Under the pieces are notes generated by a model. That model ran no database searches. It was not told the origin of the DNA and worked only from the letters and a program-made list of their open reading frames with translations. The translations under genes and the position numbers were made by a program. From NCBI GenBank assembly GCA_013265495.1, contig MU057637.1:62001-92639 (forward strand): DNA of 30,639 nt, written 5' to 3'. This DNA is from Vicugna vicugna. Lineage: Eukaryota. Each line of letters starts with the position of its first letter. The stretch's first letter is position 1. This document shows, one piece after another, positions 11,066 through 22,825 of the stretch.

Positions 11066-12333
11066 ATACATATATATATATATTTTTTCTTCTCCTTGAC
11101 TTTTTTTTTTTTGGTCAATTAAGCTTCTCTAAAATTATACCGTTACAATTTGTCAATTTCTCATGATCAGCATAATGTTTCAGTCATACATATACACAAA
11201 TATATTCATTTCACATTTTTCATTATAGATTACTCCAAGATATTGAGTATATTTCCCTGTGCTATACAGAAGAAATTTGTTTTTTTAATCTATTTTTATA
11301 TATAGTAGTTAATGTTTGCATATCTCAAACTCTCAATTTGTCCCTCCCCATCCCCTTTCCCCCAGAAACCATAAGATTGTTTACTATCTCTGCAAGTCTC
11401 TTTCTGTCTTGAAGATGAGTCCATCAGTGTCTTTTTTCTTTTTTTAGATTCCACATATGAGTGATATTATATGGTATTTTTCTTTCTCATTCTGACTTCC
11501 TTTACTTAGACTGATGATCTCCAAGTCCATCCATGTTGCTGCAAATGATATTATTTTATTCTTTTATATGGCTGAGTAGTATTTCATTATATAAATATAC
11601 CACAGCTTGTTTATCCAGTTATCTTTTGATGGACATTTTAGGTTGGTTATAGTAAATAGTGCTGCTATGAATATTGGGGTGCATGTGTCTTTTTGAATTA
11701 GAGTTCCCTCCAGATGTATGCCCAGGAGTGGGATTGCTGGGTCATAAGTTAGGCCTGTTTTAAGTTTTATAAGGAATCTCCATACTGCTTTTCATAATAG
11801 CTACAACAAACTACATTCCCACCAGCACTGTAGGAGGGGTCCCTTTTTCCCACAATCTCTCCAGCATTTATCATTTGTGGACTTTTGAATGATGACCATT
11901 CTGATTGGTGTGAGGTGATGCCTCATTGTAGTTTTAATTTGCATTTCTCTGATAATTAGCGATACTGAGCATTTCTTCATGTGCCTATTGGCCATTTGTT
12001 TGCTTTCATGGGAGAATTACTTGTTTAGGTCTTCTGCCCATTTTTGGATAGGACTGTTTGTTTTTTTGTTATTAAGTTGTATCACCTTTTTTTTTTTTAA
12101 TATCCTGGGAATTAAGCCCTTGTCAGTTTGATCATTTGCAAATATTTTCTCCTATTCTATAGGTTGTCATGTTGTTTTGTGTATTGTTTTCTTTGCTGTG
12201 CAAAGATTATAAGTTCAATTAGGTCTCATTTGTTTATTTTTACTTTTATTTCTATTGTCTGGGTTTACTGCCTTAGGAGAACATTGCTAAGATTTATTAC
12301 ACAGAATGTTTTGCTTATGTTTTCTTCTAGGAG
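11066..12333 (-). mobile_element. 5'-truncated lineage-specific L1 (3' UTR plus ORF2 C-terminus)
   Basis: Poly(T)/(TA)n tail at the left end. ORF 11801-11995 ([33 protein letters not shown]) is the L1 ORF2 C-terminal region. Confidence 0.93.
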
Positions 12334-12334
12334 A

Positions 12335-12409
12335 TTTTTTTTTTAAATTGAAGTACAGTTAGTTTACAATGTTGTGTCAATTTCTGGTATACAGCATATT
12401 GCTTCAGTC
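12335..12409 (-). mobile_element. Short L1 3'-terminal fragment with its own poly(A)
   Basis: A T-run followed by aaattgaagtacagttagtttacaatgttgtgtcaatttctggtatacagcat, the extreme 3' end of an artiodactyl-type L1. Confidence 0.85.
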
Positions 12410-12859
12410 TAGCTGTATACTTAAAAAATTTATTTATACATTAAAAAATTGCATATAGAAAAATGTTAACAGTGATTATTCTAAGTGATTAAAGATTACA
12501 GGTTTTACTTCAAAATAAATGTAATAAATGCATAATTAGAAAATAATAAATTTATTTTTGAAAGTTAAAATGTTTTCTCTTCTATTACAAAAACAATGTT
12601 AAATGGTCCTTAAACAAACATGATGATAAATCATGGTAAAGTTGTTACTGAAGATGGGAGGGTTTTTAAACTTCTTTGAATACAACTAATTTAATTCTGT
12701 AGATCTTTATTCAAAAATCAACTTCAAAGAAATCAAATTATTTCAAGAGTGAAAGGAGGAGCTCTTTAACATAGTAAAGCACATACTACAGTTATTGCAA
12801 AGGTACTGGAAGGCCACACACACACACTCTCTCCCTCCCTTCCACTAGCAGTAAAGGAA

Positions 12860-12878
12860 GTGCTGCCCCCTGCTGGAG
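12860..12878 (-). promoter_or_regulatory. CTCF binding motif
   Basis: Minus strand CCAGCAGGGGGCAGCA is a near-consensus CTCF core in apparently non-repeat DNA. Binding is not demonstrated. Confidence 0.55.
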
Positions 12879-13689
12879 GACGGCTCAGTAAGCCTATGCG
12901 GCTGCCACTGCCAAGCCCACCACTGACCTTCATTTCCAGCCTGCACACAGGGTAAGGCAAGTCCTGTTACTTTCCCAACAGCGCACATTTTTGCCAAGTG
13001 TCTCCAATATGTCACCCCACAGGACAAAGAACATCCTAGAAAACTGGGAAAATACACACATTTGCCTTCTCCTCTACAGTCAGACACCCAAGATAAGATG
13101 GAGTCTGATCTCCAAGACAGATACCATTATCTGAGGTATGACCTAGAAAGGGAGAAGGTGACTGAAAATAAATGGCACTTCATGGACCCATAATAAAAGA
13201 GATGCACATGAACAAAATGGAGATGTTAATAGTTTTGTTCCAGAATTCTGACCTTGCTTGGAACCAGTAACTTGAGTTTTTAGTTAATATTAACATAAAG
13301 GGTCTATTGACAGATAACCCTAAGATAATGACAAATGGTCGTCACTAAATGACACCATGTCATGACATAGTTTGAAAAGTAAAGAAAAGCTCTGTCCATA
13401 GAGAGAATTGAAAGGCCGAGGGTTCTATTACTGAGTGAGTGAATTTTGATAGATCAGATCTGTGGGTTCAATGTTCACATCTATGAAATGAAGGCACAAG
13501 ATTAGTTTAGTAACTTTCTAGCTTTTTTTTTTTTTTACTGTGAGTCATAGTAAGAGATACATTTTACAGCAGGGTATCTGAATACACAAAACACAGGTAA
13601 GTTTCATCGAACAACATTATCTCTTAAACTTAAGAACAATAATGTTCATGGAAAGAGAGACAAATGAGATTAAAGCAATTGAACATTTA

Positions 13690-13915
13690 AGCAGAAGGGA
13701 GATGATTAAAAGAGCAAGATTCTGGAGGAGACATGGGGTAGACAAAATCAAAAGGACTGATATTAGTCTTGGGATTGATAGGGATCACTTTTTTCTTCAC
13801 AGACAGGAAAGACTGAAGGAGGAATCAAGAAACAAAAGCCTTTTGAGATTGAGACAGAAAACTGACAGAAGCCTAGTTCTGAAATCTTCAGTCATCTCAA
13901 TGAGGAGAGTAAAAC
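13690..13915 (-). mobile_element. L2 internal (ORF2) fragment
   Basis: aagattctggaggagacatgggg...gtcttgggattgatagggatcactttt resembles antisense L2 ORF2. Confidence 0.45.
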
Positions 13916-14323
13916 ACTTACTAAGCAGTGTAAGCTCTAGTTGTTAAATAAACATTTTATTATATGCGGGACTGTTTAATTTTTATTCCTATTTTGTTTT
14001 ATCACAGTGGAAATTTAATAACTTTCAATATTGATAACTTTTAGTAACTTACTTTACCAGAGTTAAAATTTGATTAGGATTTGACATTTTTAAAGGATTA
14101 GTGATGTCTTAGACACATTACAGAAAAAGGTTTAAATGAAGAAGCCAACTTAGTAAAGTCTATTCTCTGTGGCCAATATTGGTAAATATTGTTTTCTCCT
14201 TAATATTTTGACATTTTCATAAGGAAAATAATCTCAAGTATGCTACCTATAGACTACTTCTAAGGGAAAAACCTGTATTATTATTGTAATGAATGTCATC
14301 TTCCTTGTGGAAGTAAAAAAAAA

Positions 14324-14453
14324 NNNNNNNNNNNNNNNNNNNNNNNNNNNNNNNNNNNNNNNNNNNNNNNNNNNNNNNNNNNNNNNNNNNNNNNNNNNNN
14401 NNNNNNNNNNNNNNNNNNNNNNNNNNNNNNNNNNNNNNNNNNNNNNNNNNNNN
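14324..14453. other. Assembly gap (130 N)
   Basis: Run of N bases. Confidence 1.
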
Positions 14454-15005
14454 ATTTTAAAATTTTCTATTTTTTGTTTATTTCAAATATTTCACTCCAA
14501 CTCTTTCTTATTTCTTAAAGTAAAAATAAAAATGGGCAATGATTTGCTTTGACAAAATAATTCTTAAGTGTTTAGTAGAAATAAAGTTTATTTAACCTCT
14601 CAGTTTAGATTGGTTTTACTCTGTAACAGAAAATACTGAAGAACTTAGACTAGGTCTGAATAAAGCTGGTGCTGAAACTGAGTTTTCTACAATACCATAA
14701 TGCAGGCAGTTCTCTTGTAAAACAACATATGTGTCTCTGGAAAAAACCTAAAGTTCTGCAAAATCATACCCTAAAAATACAGACAAGCCACTCAGAACTA
14801 TGCAGCTTTGTAATCTCTGTACTAGCAAAACTGGTAAGAGTTCTCATAAAATTCTAGTATAGCTGAACATTTGCACCCAATATCAGTTAGTCTTCTCCTT
14901 TGAAATGTAGGCCCACGAGGGCATTCAATTCTGTTAAAGATAAATTGTCAAAATTAAAATTTCTGATCCAGGATGTAGCCTTTCTTCTTTAGATACTACT
15001 CTCTC

Positions 15006-15588
15006 TTTTTTTTCTTTTTTTGAGTAAACATGGGGAAACATTTTCATGGTTTATTTGTGTTCACAGCTCAGCCAGGTAGTCTAACATTGTAGAAATCCTA
15101 GTAGTTCTTGAATCCATTAACTGGAAAATCTGCATGGAGTACAAGCAGATGGCTAGGCTCTCATGAGGACCCTCATGAAGACGGCGTGATGTAAGTCTGT
15201 AGCAGGTGGGCTGTATGCGGTGAGGCTGACTCGATTTCCTGAGGACCTCGACACCTTTGGTGGGGGGAGGATTTGTCTGAAGGCCACAAACCTTAAAATA
15301 TGCTGTGTTCATCCTCACAAACCCCCAAATAGCAATGGGTCTTTTAGTTCTATAAACCTCCATCATTCCCATACTGATGATGTAAAGGTGAACTTCATGT
15401 TAAGCACTTGGGGTCTATACTTGTACCAGAAGCATCCCTGGCAGGTCATTTCTAACTGGGACGGTGGAGGCTGCAGGTTAACCACAAATTCATGCAGCAG
15501 AAACTCTTAGTTGGAGCAGTGAACCTCTTAGGGCTGGAATTGGGGCGGGGACAGAGGCTCTTTGTGAGACTCCTGCTATGTTTGCCAC
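15006..15588 (-). pseudogene. Possible processed retrocopy of an unidentified transcript
   Basis: Minus-strand poly(A) at 15006-15021 with AATAAA (15055-15050) 28 nt upstream. The ~570-bp body is GC-richer than its flanks. A partial flanking repeat TTAGATA occurs at 14989 and 15589. I do not recognise the parent. Confidence 0.35.
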
Positions 15589-15814
15589 TTAGATAGATCA
15601 ATGATGCCTTTTTATTTTAATGCAGATTTGTTTTTAACATCTTTCTCATATGTTAATAGGCATTCATACATCTTTTGTGAACATTTTGCTTTTGAAAAAA
15701 AAATTTGTCAATTCTTCAAAGAAAGGAGCTGGCTTTTTCACATTTAATGACAGCCTATCAAATTCAAATTCAAAGTGCATATTCTCCTTCTGTCCTCTCA
15801 TTTTCTGGCCCTTA

Positions 15815-16290
15815 CAACTTCCAGGAGCCACTCAGCTTTCTGTTTTGGAAGAGTTTCCTTTTCCTCTCCCCTGTCCCATCTCTGACCTCTTTGCCCTATG
15901 CTGCTTCTGTCTGGTCCCCGCCTTCTCTGGGATGAGTTGCTCACAGGGTGTCTAATCTCTGGGCCCAGCTCCCTGGAAAGGGGAGTTCATCCTCCACTCT
16001 TTTTTTCCCCCCAAGGCTATATTCATACCACTTCTGAGCTTTATTTTATATTTGCAAATAGGCTACGACTAAATGCTTTGCCTGGGCTGTGGAGCTGAGG
16101 AGAGAAGGTTGTATACCTAGATTCTATGACACATCACATACTATTAAATCCCCCTTTCCTCTGCTAGACTGTGAAATCTGAAGACAGCACTCCTTTCTTT
16201 TTCATTTGCATAAATTCCACCAACTCTTGGCAAGTCTTATAGAAATATGTACTTATTAAATGCATAATCAAATAAATCAATGAATTAAGA
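15815..16290 (+). mobile_element. L2 LINE 3' end
   Basis: ctgctagactgtgaaatctgaagacagc...tcttatagaaatatgtacttattaaatgcataatcaaataaatcaatgaa resembles the L2 3' terminus. Confidence 0.6.
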
Positions 16291-17702
16291 AATAGCTGTT
16301 TAGTAGAAAAGAGTTCTTTCATTTTGAAGAGTTACTGAGTGTTGACTGGCTGGTAACATACCTCCCAGGTGTGTTTGCATTCCAAATCTATCAGGTGATA
16401 AAGCCTTAAGCTTACAAAGTGATGCTGTTGAAATCATGCATATCAGACATTGCCAGATGGTAGGTGAGTCAGGTGATCAGGTGTTTGTATATATTCCTAA
16501 GTGGGGGCTTTCACAGAGACTTAAAATGATGCCACACAGATTATTGTGACCATGGATCCACTTTGGAAGCTGGAAAGGTCAGTGAACTTTCATCTAGTTT
16601 AAGTTGGGGTTAATTCTACCCTGAATAAAATATCAATATTATTTTTATTGAGGTCATTTAACACAACACCAATGTCCCTTACTGTCAGCCTGGAAGCTTG
16701 CCACCCAATGGTTACATGATCATGAGTCATATTGCTTGTGTGAGACCTGTATTTCCTTATTTGTAAAGTAAGAAGTTGAAGTCTGTAATCTCTGGAATGC
16801 CCTTCAGCTAAATATTTCATGTGGCCATGGACAAATAAATTACCCAAATACACTTGACTAGAAGGCAAGTGCTTTGTGTGAAATCAGTGAAATAATCACC
16901 TTTCACTGTCTTGACAAATGAAAGAAAGAAGGTGTGGCATGGAGGATTAACAAGTCACCTTTGAATTGGGAAAAAAGTGTGATTTGCCAGATTTTTGGAG
17001 GTCAATTTGTTTGGCCTAAAACTGTATTACACCAAATCATCCAACTGTCTGATTGCCCATATGACTGGGAAAGAGACTACATGGCAGGTTACTGGCCATC
17101 ATCAAGTCTAGGATGAGGTCAGGTGACCATTTCTTTCCATCTCTGCAGGACAAATGTGAGTGTGTGTGTAAGTAAGCTGAACATTCACCAAAGTGGACTT
17201 GTGAGTATTTGAACGTTGTCCATGTATGTGAAATGTCATGAGAGGAAGCTGAGCAACTGCCCAAAGATCTTACAAAAATATTTACTTTGGACAGCTCTAG
17301 TCCAGGACCTAGTTAGATTGTCAAGAACAGAATCTTGATGTCAAGGGTAACTGGATTGATGGGTTCTGACTTGAACCAACGGATGATATCTGAAAGTCTC
17401 CACAAAACTAAAGCAGAGCTCTTATGATTGCAGCACCAGGCGTGTGGTTTCCATGGACAGCAAAGCCCACACGGCCTCATTCGTTCAGATTCCCTGGAGA
17501 ATGTCTACATATGTGTGTGGAGGGTGCCATACACCACTTTGAAACTTGCTTGTTGGATATGGAAATGAGTAAGGGAGTTGTGGCTAAAATTCGAATGTTC
17601 AGTGGCATCTGGTTGAGCTGCCATAAGAATGATATTCCAATTTCTTACCCCATATAATACATGTGGATAGGAACTTTCACCCTTAGCCTCTCTTTTTTGA
17701 GT

Positions 17703-17753
17703 GGTTTCTTTCTTCTTTGCTTGCTTTCTTTCTTTCTTTCCTTTTTTTTTTTT
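17703..17753. repeat. (CTTT)n/poly(T) simple repeat
   Basis: Directly visible. Confidence 0.85.
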
Positions 17754-18366
17754 GTGCTTACATTACTGGCAAATCTCTTCTAATGGATGTACTCTGTCTT
17801 TAGAAAGGCAATAATTTAATCTTATTTTTGTCCAATGAAACAGGATAGATCTTTCAAAAGTGACTTTGGATTTTTTTGTTGTTGTTCTCAATTATTTTCC
17901 ACTCACAGTTTTATTCTCATAATAGACAATTCTTTTTATTAAAAAAAATTATTTTTGGAGAGGAAGATCTGTGGACATAAGGTAATTTTTTTCACTTGAT
18001 AAATACTAGGAATAAATTCTTAATTTAATGACTCCATTAATTGAACATGAATTATTAAATTATTAATAGCTAAATCTCAGATGCAGTGATGCTCCCTAAT
18101 TTCTTCAAAAGTGGTTTTTGCTTTTGGCAAATCAGTTAATTAACTATAAGGATATCAGGAACAAACCATTTTGAGACATTCTGCTTTGAGTTGGTAGCAG
18201 AGTTCCTAATTAGGGATCTCTGAAGCTTACACAGGCACAGGAGACACTGTGGTGTGGTCAGGATACTGATGCTTGAGTTTGGATATTCTGTTATTTTTGA
18301 CTAGGGAGAGGAAAAACATTTGAAGAGACTGGAAATCAGTTCCGCTGACCTCTTGGCATGTGGATA

Positions 18367-18385
18367 TACTGCCACCTGTTGGTCA
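18367..18385 (-). promoter_or_regulatory. CTCF binding motif
   Basis: Minus strand GACCAACAGGTGGCAGTA is a good match to the CTCF core. Binding is not demonstrated. Confidence 0.45.
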
Positions 18386-18428
18386 TTTCTTGTCATTGAC
18401 CAGCTTCTGAAGGCTGATTCAGTGGATT

Positions 18429-18822
18429 ATTTTTTGTTGTTGTTGAAGGGTAATTAATCTACGATACCACATGAGTTTCAGGTAGACAACATAGTGATTT
18501 GACATTTAAATACATTACTAGATGATGACCACACTATTTCAAGTTACCGTCTGCTGCCATACAAAGTTACAGTGTTATAGTGACTGTATCCCCAATGCTG
18601 TGCTTTACAGCCCCATCATTTATTTATTTTATAACCAGAAGCATGTACCTCTTAATACCCTCCACCTGTTTCACCCAACCGATGAACCATGAGTTTGTTC
18701 TCTGTATCTGTGAGTCTGTTCCTGTTTTGGTATGTTATGTTTGTTTGTTTGTTTGTTCGTTTCTAGGTTCAATATATATTGAAATCATGCAATATTTGTC
18801 TTTCTCTGTTTGGCTTATTACA
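18429..18822 (-). mobile_element. L1 3' UTR (L1MA9-like / laurasiatherian)
   Basis: agtttcaggtagacaacatagtgatt...gccatacaaagtta...gaaatcatgcaatatttgtctttctctgtttggcttatt is antisense L1 3' UTR. Confidence 0.8.
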
Positions 18823-18824
18823 TT

Positions 18825-19030
18825 CATATTTAAAGTAGGATTCTGTTGGGGTCATATTGTTGAGGTTGCTTTATTCACAATAAAAAATTTTACCTTTTGA
18901 TTGGGCTATTTAGAGCATTTATAGAGTGATAATTGGTATGCTTGGGCTTAAATCTGTTGTCTTGCTTTTTGTTTTCTTTTTGTCTGTTCTTTATTAGTTT
19001 TTGCCTCATCTTCCTTATTTCCTTGTATCA
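18825..19030 (-). mobile_element. Old L1M internal fragment
   Basis: ttttgattgggctatttagagcattta...gataattggtatgcttgggcttaaatctgttgtcttgc resembles the L1M region between ORF1 and ORF2. Confidence 0.5.
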
Positions 19031-20039
19031 GTCTTTAGTTGAAATCTGTGCCTGGGGAATGTTCATTTTTTTGGCACTTCTTGGTGGTGGGGTGGAGGTG
19101 GAGAAGTAGAGGAAAGACAAATCCTGAAATAAAGAAATGCAGGTGGTGGCAGTGAAATTTGGCTGGTTTGTATGGAAATGTTAAGGGTGGGGCACAAACG
19201 GAGTCGGCCATGCTAACCAGTGTACAAGTGGGAAGCAGAGTGTGTCCTACACTTTCTGTAGTGCCTGAAATTTATCTCAAATGTGACTTTGAAACCTTCT
19301 TGCTGACTAAAAAATGTAGAATCATTCTAAAGGTGTGACAGGAGTGCCCAGTAAGTCATAAAGGCCCATTTTAAATTTTGCCCCAATTTAGGAGAAACTA
19401 CAAATATGTCTCGAATAAACAGCTGGAAATATTAGGAAACGGTCTAGTTTCATTTATCATGTCACTGGCGTCAGCTTTATAACTGCTACTTGGCTGTGTA
19501 CCAGGGAGTAGATACTGGACACAAAAGGGCTTACATAGCAAAGAATTAAAGATGGTGATGTGACATGGGACATCAAGAATTAGAAGGTCTGCAAGCTAGG
19601 ACCTCTGAGTCTACTGACACCTGCATCATACCTGTTGAAATGCATCTGCACTTTCCAGAAAAGTAAACTTCTTGTTTTATGTCTGGTCACTTACATGTTC
19701 CATTTATTTTTGATAACACTATAGGAAGAAAGTAAAATTTTTAAGAAAGTAAATAGTTTTAGAGGTGAAGACATAAGTAAATATTAGATTTGGAAGTAAT
19801 TTCTTAGTCAGATCATAATACAATGCATATTATTTTTCACTCTGTTTTTTTTCAGTTAATAAATAATATGAATATCTAACTCTTCATCTGATTAAATATT
19901 CCTTTCAACATAATTTTCAGTGTTTTTTTACACTTTTAAAGTATGATTGCACGTAGTACAAAATTTAAAGTACATACTACCAAATGTAAATAAACGTTGT
20001 TTCCCATCTACTCCAAACATTCTTAAGAAGATATTTAAA

Positions 20040-20501
20040 TTTTTTTAAATTGAAGTACTGTCAATTTATAATGTGTGTTCATTTCTTGTGTACAATAGTG
20101 ATTCAGTTATGCATATATATATTCCTTTTCATATCCGTTTTCATTATGTGCTGTTATAAGATGTTGTGTAGAGTTCCTTGTGCTGTACAGTAGGACCTTG
20201 TTGCTGATCTAATTTGTGTATAGTGGTCTCTGCAAACCCTAAACTCCCAGTTTATGTCTCCATTCTCCCCTCCTTTTTCCACCCTGGTGACTATAAATTT
20301 GTTTTCTATGTCTGTGAGTCTGTCTCTGTCTTGTAAATAACCTCATTTGCGTACTGTTTTTAAAGATGTCCCATAAAAATGATATATGGTATTTATCTTT
20401 CTCTTTCTAGCTTGCTTCACTTACTATGATGATCTCTAGTCCCATCCCTATTGGTGCAAATACCATTATTTTTTCTTTTTTAATGACTGATAGTATTCTG
20501 T

Positions 20502-20543
<42 letters not shown>

Positions 20544-21918
20544 CACACCACTTTTTATCCAGTCATCGGTTGATGGACATTTAGGTTACTTCCATGTCTT
20601 GGCTATTGTAAATAGTGCTGCTATGAACATTGGGGTGCAGATGTCTTTTCAAATTAGAGTTCCCTGAGATATATGCCCAGGAGTGGGATTGCTGGACATA
20701 GGATAAATCTATTTTCAGCTTTTTAAGGAATCTCCATCTTGTTTTCCATAACAGCTGCATCAAACTACATTCCCACCAACAGGGTAGGAGGGTCCCCCTT
20801 TCTCCACACCCTCTCCAGCATTTCTCATTTGTGGATTTTTTTAATGATAACCATTCTGACCTGTGTGAGGTGATGCCTCACGGTAGTTTTGATTTGCATT
20901 TCTCTGATAATTAGTGATACTGAGCAGTTTTTCATGTGCTTGTTGGCCATTTGTATGTCTTCACTGCAGAAATGTCTGTTTAGATCTTCTGCTGAATTTT
21001 GATTGTGTTGTTTGTCTCTTGGTTATTGAGTTGTATGAGCTCTTTGTATACTCTGGAAATTAAGGCCTTGTCAGTCACATCATTTGTAAATATTTTCTTC
21101 CATTCTGTAAATTGTACTTTCATTTCCTTTATGGTCTCCTTTGCTGTGCAGAGGCTTACACATTTAGTCTTGTCTCTTGTTCAGTCTTTAAGCCATTTTG
21201 AGTTTTGTGTGTGTGTGTGTATGGTGTGAGAGGGTGTTCTAGTTTTATTGATTTGCAGGCAGCTGTTCTGCCTGTGTTTTCCTCTAGGAATCTTACAGTG
21301 TCCGGTCTTTCTCACATTTAGGTCTTTAACCCACTTTGAGTGTTCGTATATGGCATTAGAGAATGTTCTAATTTCACTCTTTTATAGGTAGCTGTCCGGC
21401 TTTCCCAGCACCACTTACTGAAGAGACTGTCTTTTCTTCATCATATATTCTTGTTTCCTTTGTTGCAGATTAATTAACTATAAGTGCATGGTTTTATTTC
21501 TGGACTTCTGTTCCATTGAGCTACGTGTCTGTTTTTGTGCCAGTTAGATACTGTTTTGATTACTGTAGCTTTGCAGTATAGTTTTCAGTCAGGGCGTGTG
21601 ATTCCTCCAGCTCTGGTCTTCTTTCTCTAGATTGTTTTGGCTATTTGGCGTCTTTTGTGTTTCCATACAAATTAAAAAAAAATTTCATTCCTGTTCTGTG
21701 AAAAGTGTCATTGGTAATTTTACAGGAATTGCACTGAATCTGCTTATTGCCTTGGGTAGTATGGCCATTTCAACAATATTAATTCTTCCAGTCAAGAGCA
21801 TGGGATATCTTCCCATTTCTTTAAGTCATCTTTAACTTTCTTAATATTTTATAGTTCTCTGCTTATAAGTCGTTTACCTCCTTGGTCAGGTTTGTTCCTA
21901 AGTATTTTATTTTTCATG
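20040..21918 (-). mobile_element. 5'-truncated lineage-specific L1 (~1.9 kb; 3' UTR plus ORF2 3' part)
   Basis: 3' end ttttttaaattgaagta. ORF 20581-20763 ([15 protein letters not shown]) is the L1 ORF2 C-terminus, and antisense ORF2 homology continues to about 21918. Confidence 0.93.
20508..20536. repeat. (TG)n microsatellite inside L1
   Basis: Directly visible. Confidence 0.95.
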
Positions 21919-22684
21919 TGGAGTCTTTAGTGTTTTGCATAGTAGCATGTTACCTGCCTATAGTTTTGTTAATGGAATCCTTCTTCCTGTTATTTTCTGT
22001 ATTTCTTTTTTTGTAGATTTAATGAAGTGCTATTTTTAAAAATCTGTTTTTGTTGTTTTCTCATTGCTTTTAAGTGGTTTTAAGACAAATAACAGGTATA
22101 AATACTTTTTTCCTGACATCTTTAGTCAAAAGTAGATAGCATAATTTTATCTACTAAATATGAACCACTATGAATTACACAGGTTTTGGGGATTTGTTTT
22201 CCACTAATTCAACAAATATGTACACAACACCAATTATTGATGAACTTTCGAGACCGATACTTAAAAGGGGTTAAAAATGAGCTAGCAATGAAGTGTTATG
22301 GGGGTTGACAGAATGAGTTATCAGATCTTCTTGATGGGATAAACAATTAGGTTCTCAGAGAAGCTGGTGACTGAGACAGTTCACCCTCTGTCACCAGACT
22401 CTGCGTTTCTTCTCTCTCTTGTGACCCTCCCCTCTCAAACAACTGTCTTGACTTAGCTTCCTTGCTTCTGTCCATCTTATTAGCACTGCCTGGAATGCCT
22501 TTCCCCTAACTTCAGCTTATCCAAATTAAACTTATCTTTGTAGACCTTTTCTTCTTTGAACATTTCCTCATATATTCAAGCTGACAGTCATCTGTCATAC
22601 TTTAGGAGTCTGGTGACTGTTTTTCATTTTTTGCTTTGAGATAAGAAAATGCTACTTTGAATTGATGTTTTCTTTTTTATCAGA

Positions 22685-22825
22685 TATTGTCTAATTTTGG
22701 AGATTAAAAGAATGAGGCACAGAGAGATTTAAAAATTTGCTCAAAGTGACACAGCCAGTAAGTGATGAAATTAAGGTTTGCAGGCAATGTGGATCCAGAA
22801 ACTAGGCAGCAAACTACGTCCTCCC
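22685..22825 (-). mobile_element. MIR SINE
   Basis: aatgaggcacagagagatttaaaaatttgctcaaagtgacacagccagtaagtg is the antisense MIR core. Confidence 0.75.

Noticed and set aside
13420..13640. Possible MIR plus hAT-MITE fragments
   Set aside because: Similarity is too weak to assign by eye.
14289..14552. 87-aa ORF spanning the N run
   Set aside because: Artefact of translating through an assembly gap.
15061..15510. Overlapping 103-aa and 96-aa ORFs as a real gene
   Set aside because: No recognisable domain or splice structure. Lengths are compatible with chance in GC-richer DNA.
19170..19440. Possible old DNA-transposon or LTR fragment
   Set aside because: It looks repeat-like, but I found no TIR, TSD or family match I could support.
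20472..20487. CTTTTTTAATGA, resembling the extended homeodomain site of the OR H/P elements
   Set aside because: It lies inside L1 3' sequence at a position where L1 carries a very similar motif, so it is not evidence of an enhancer.
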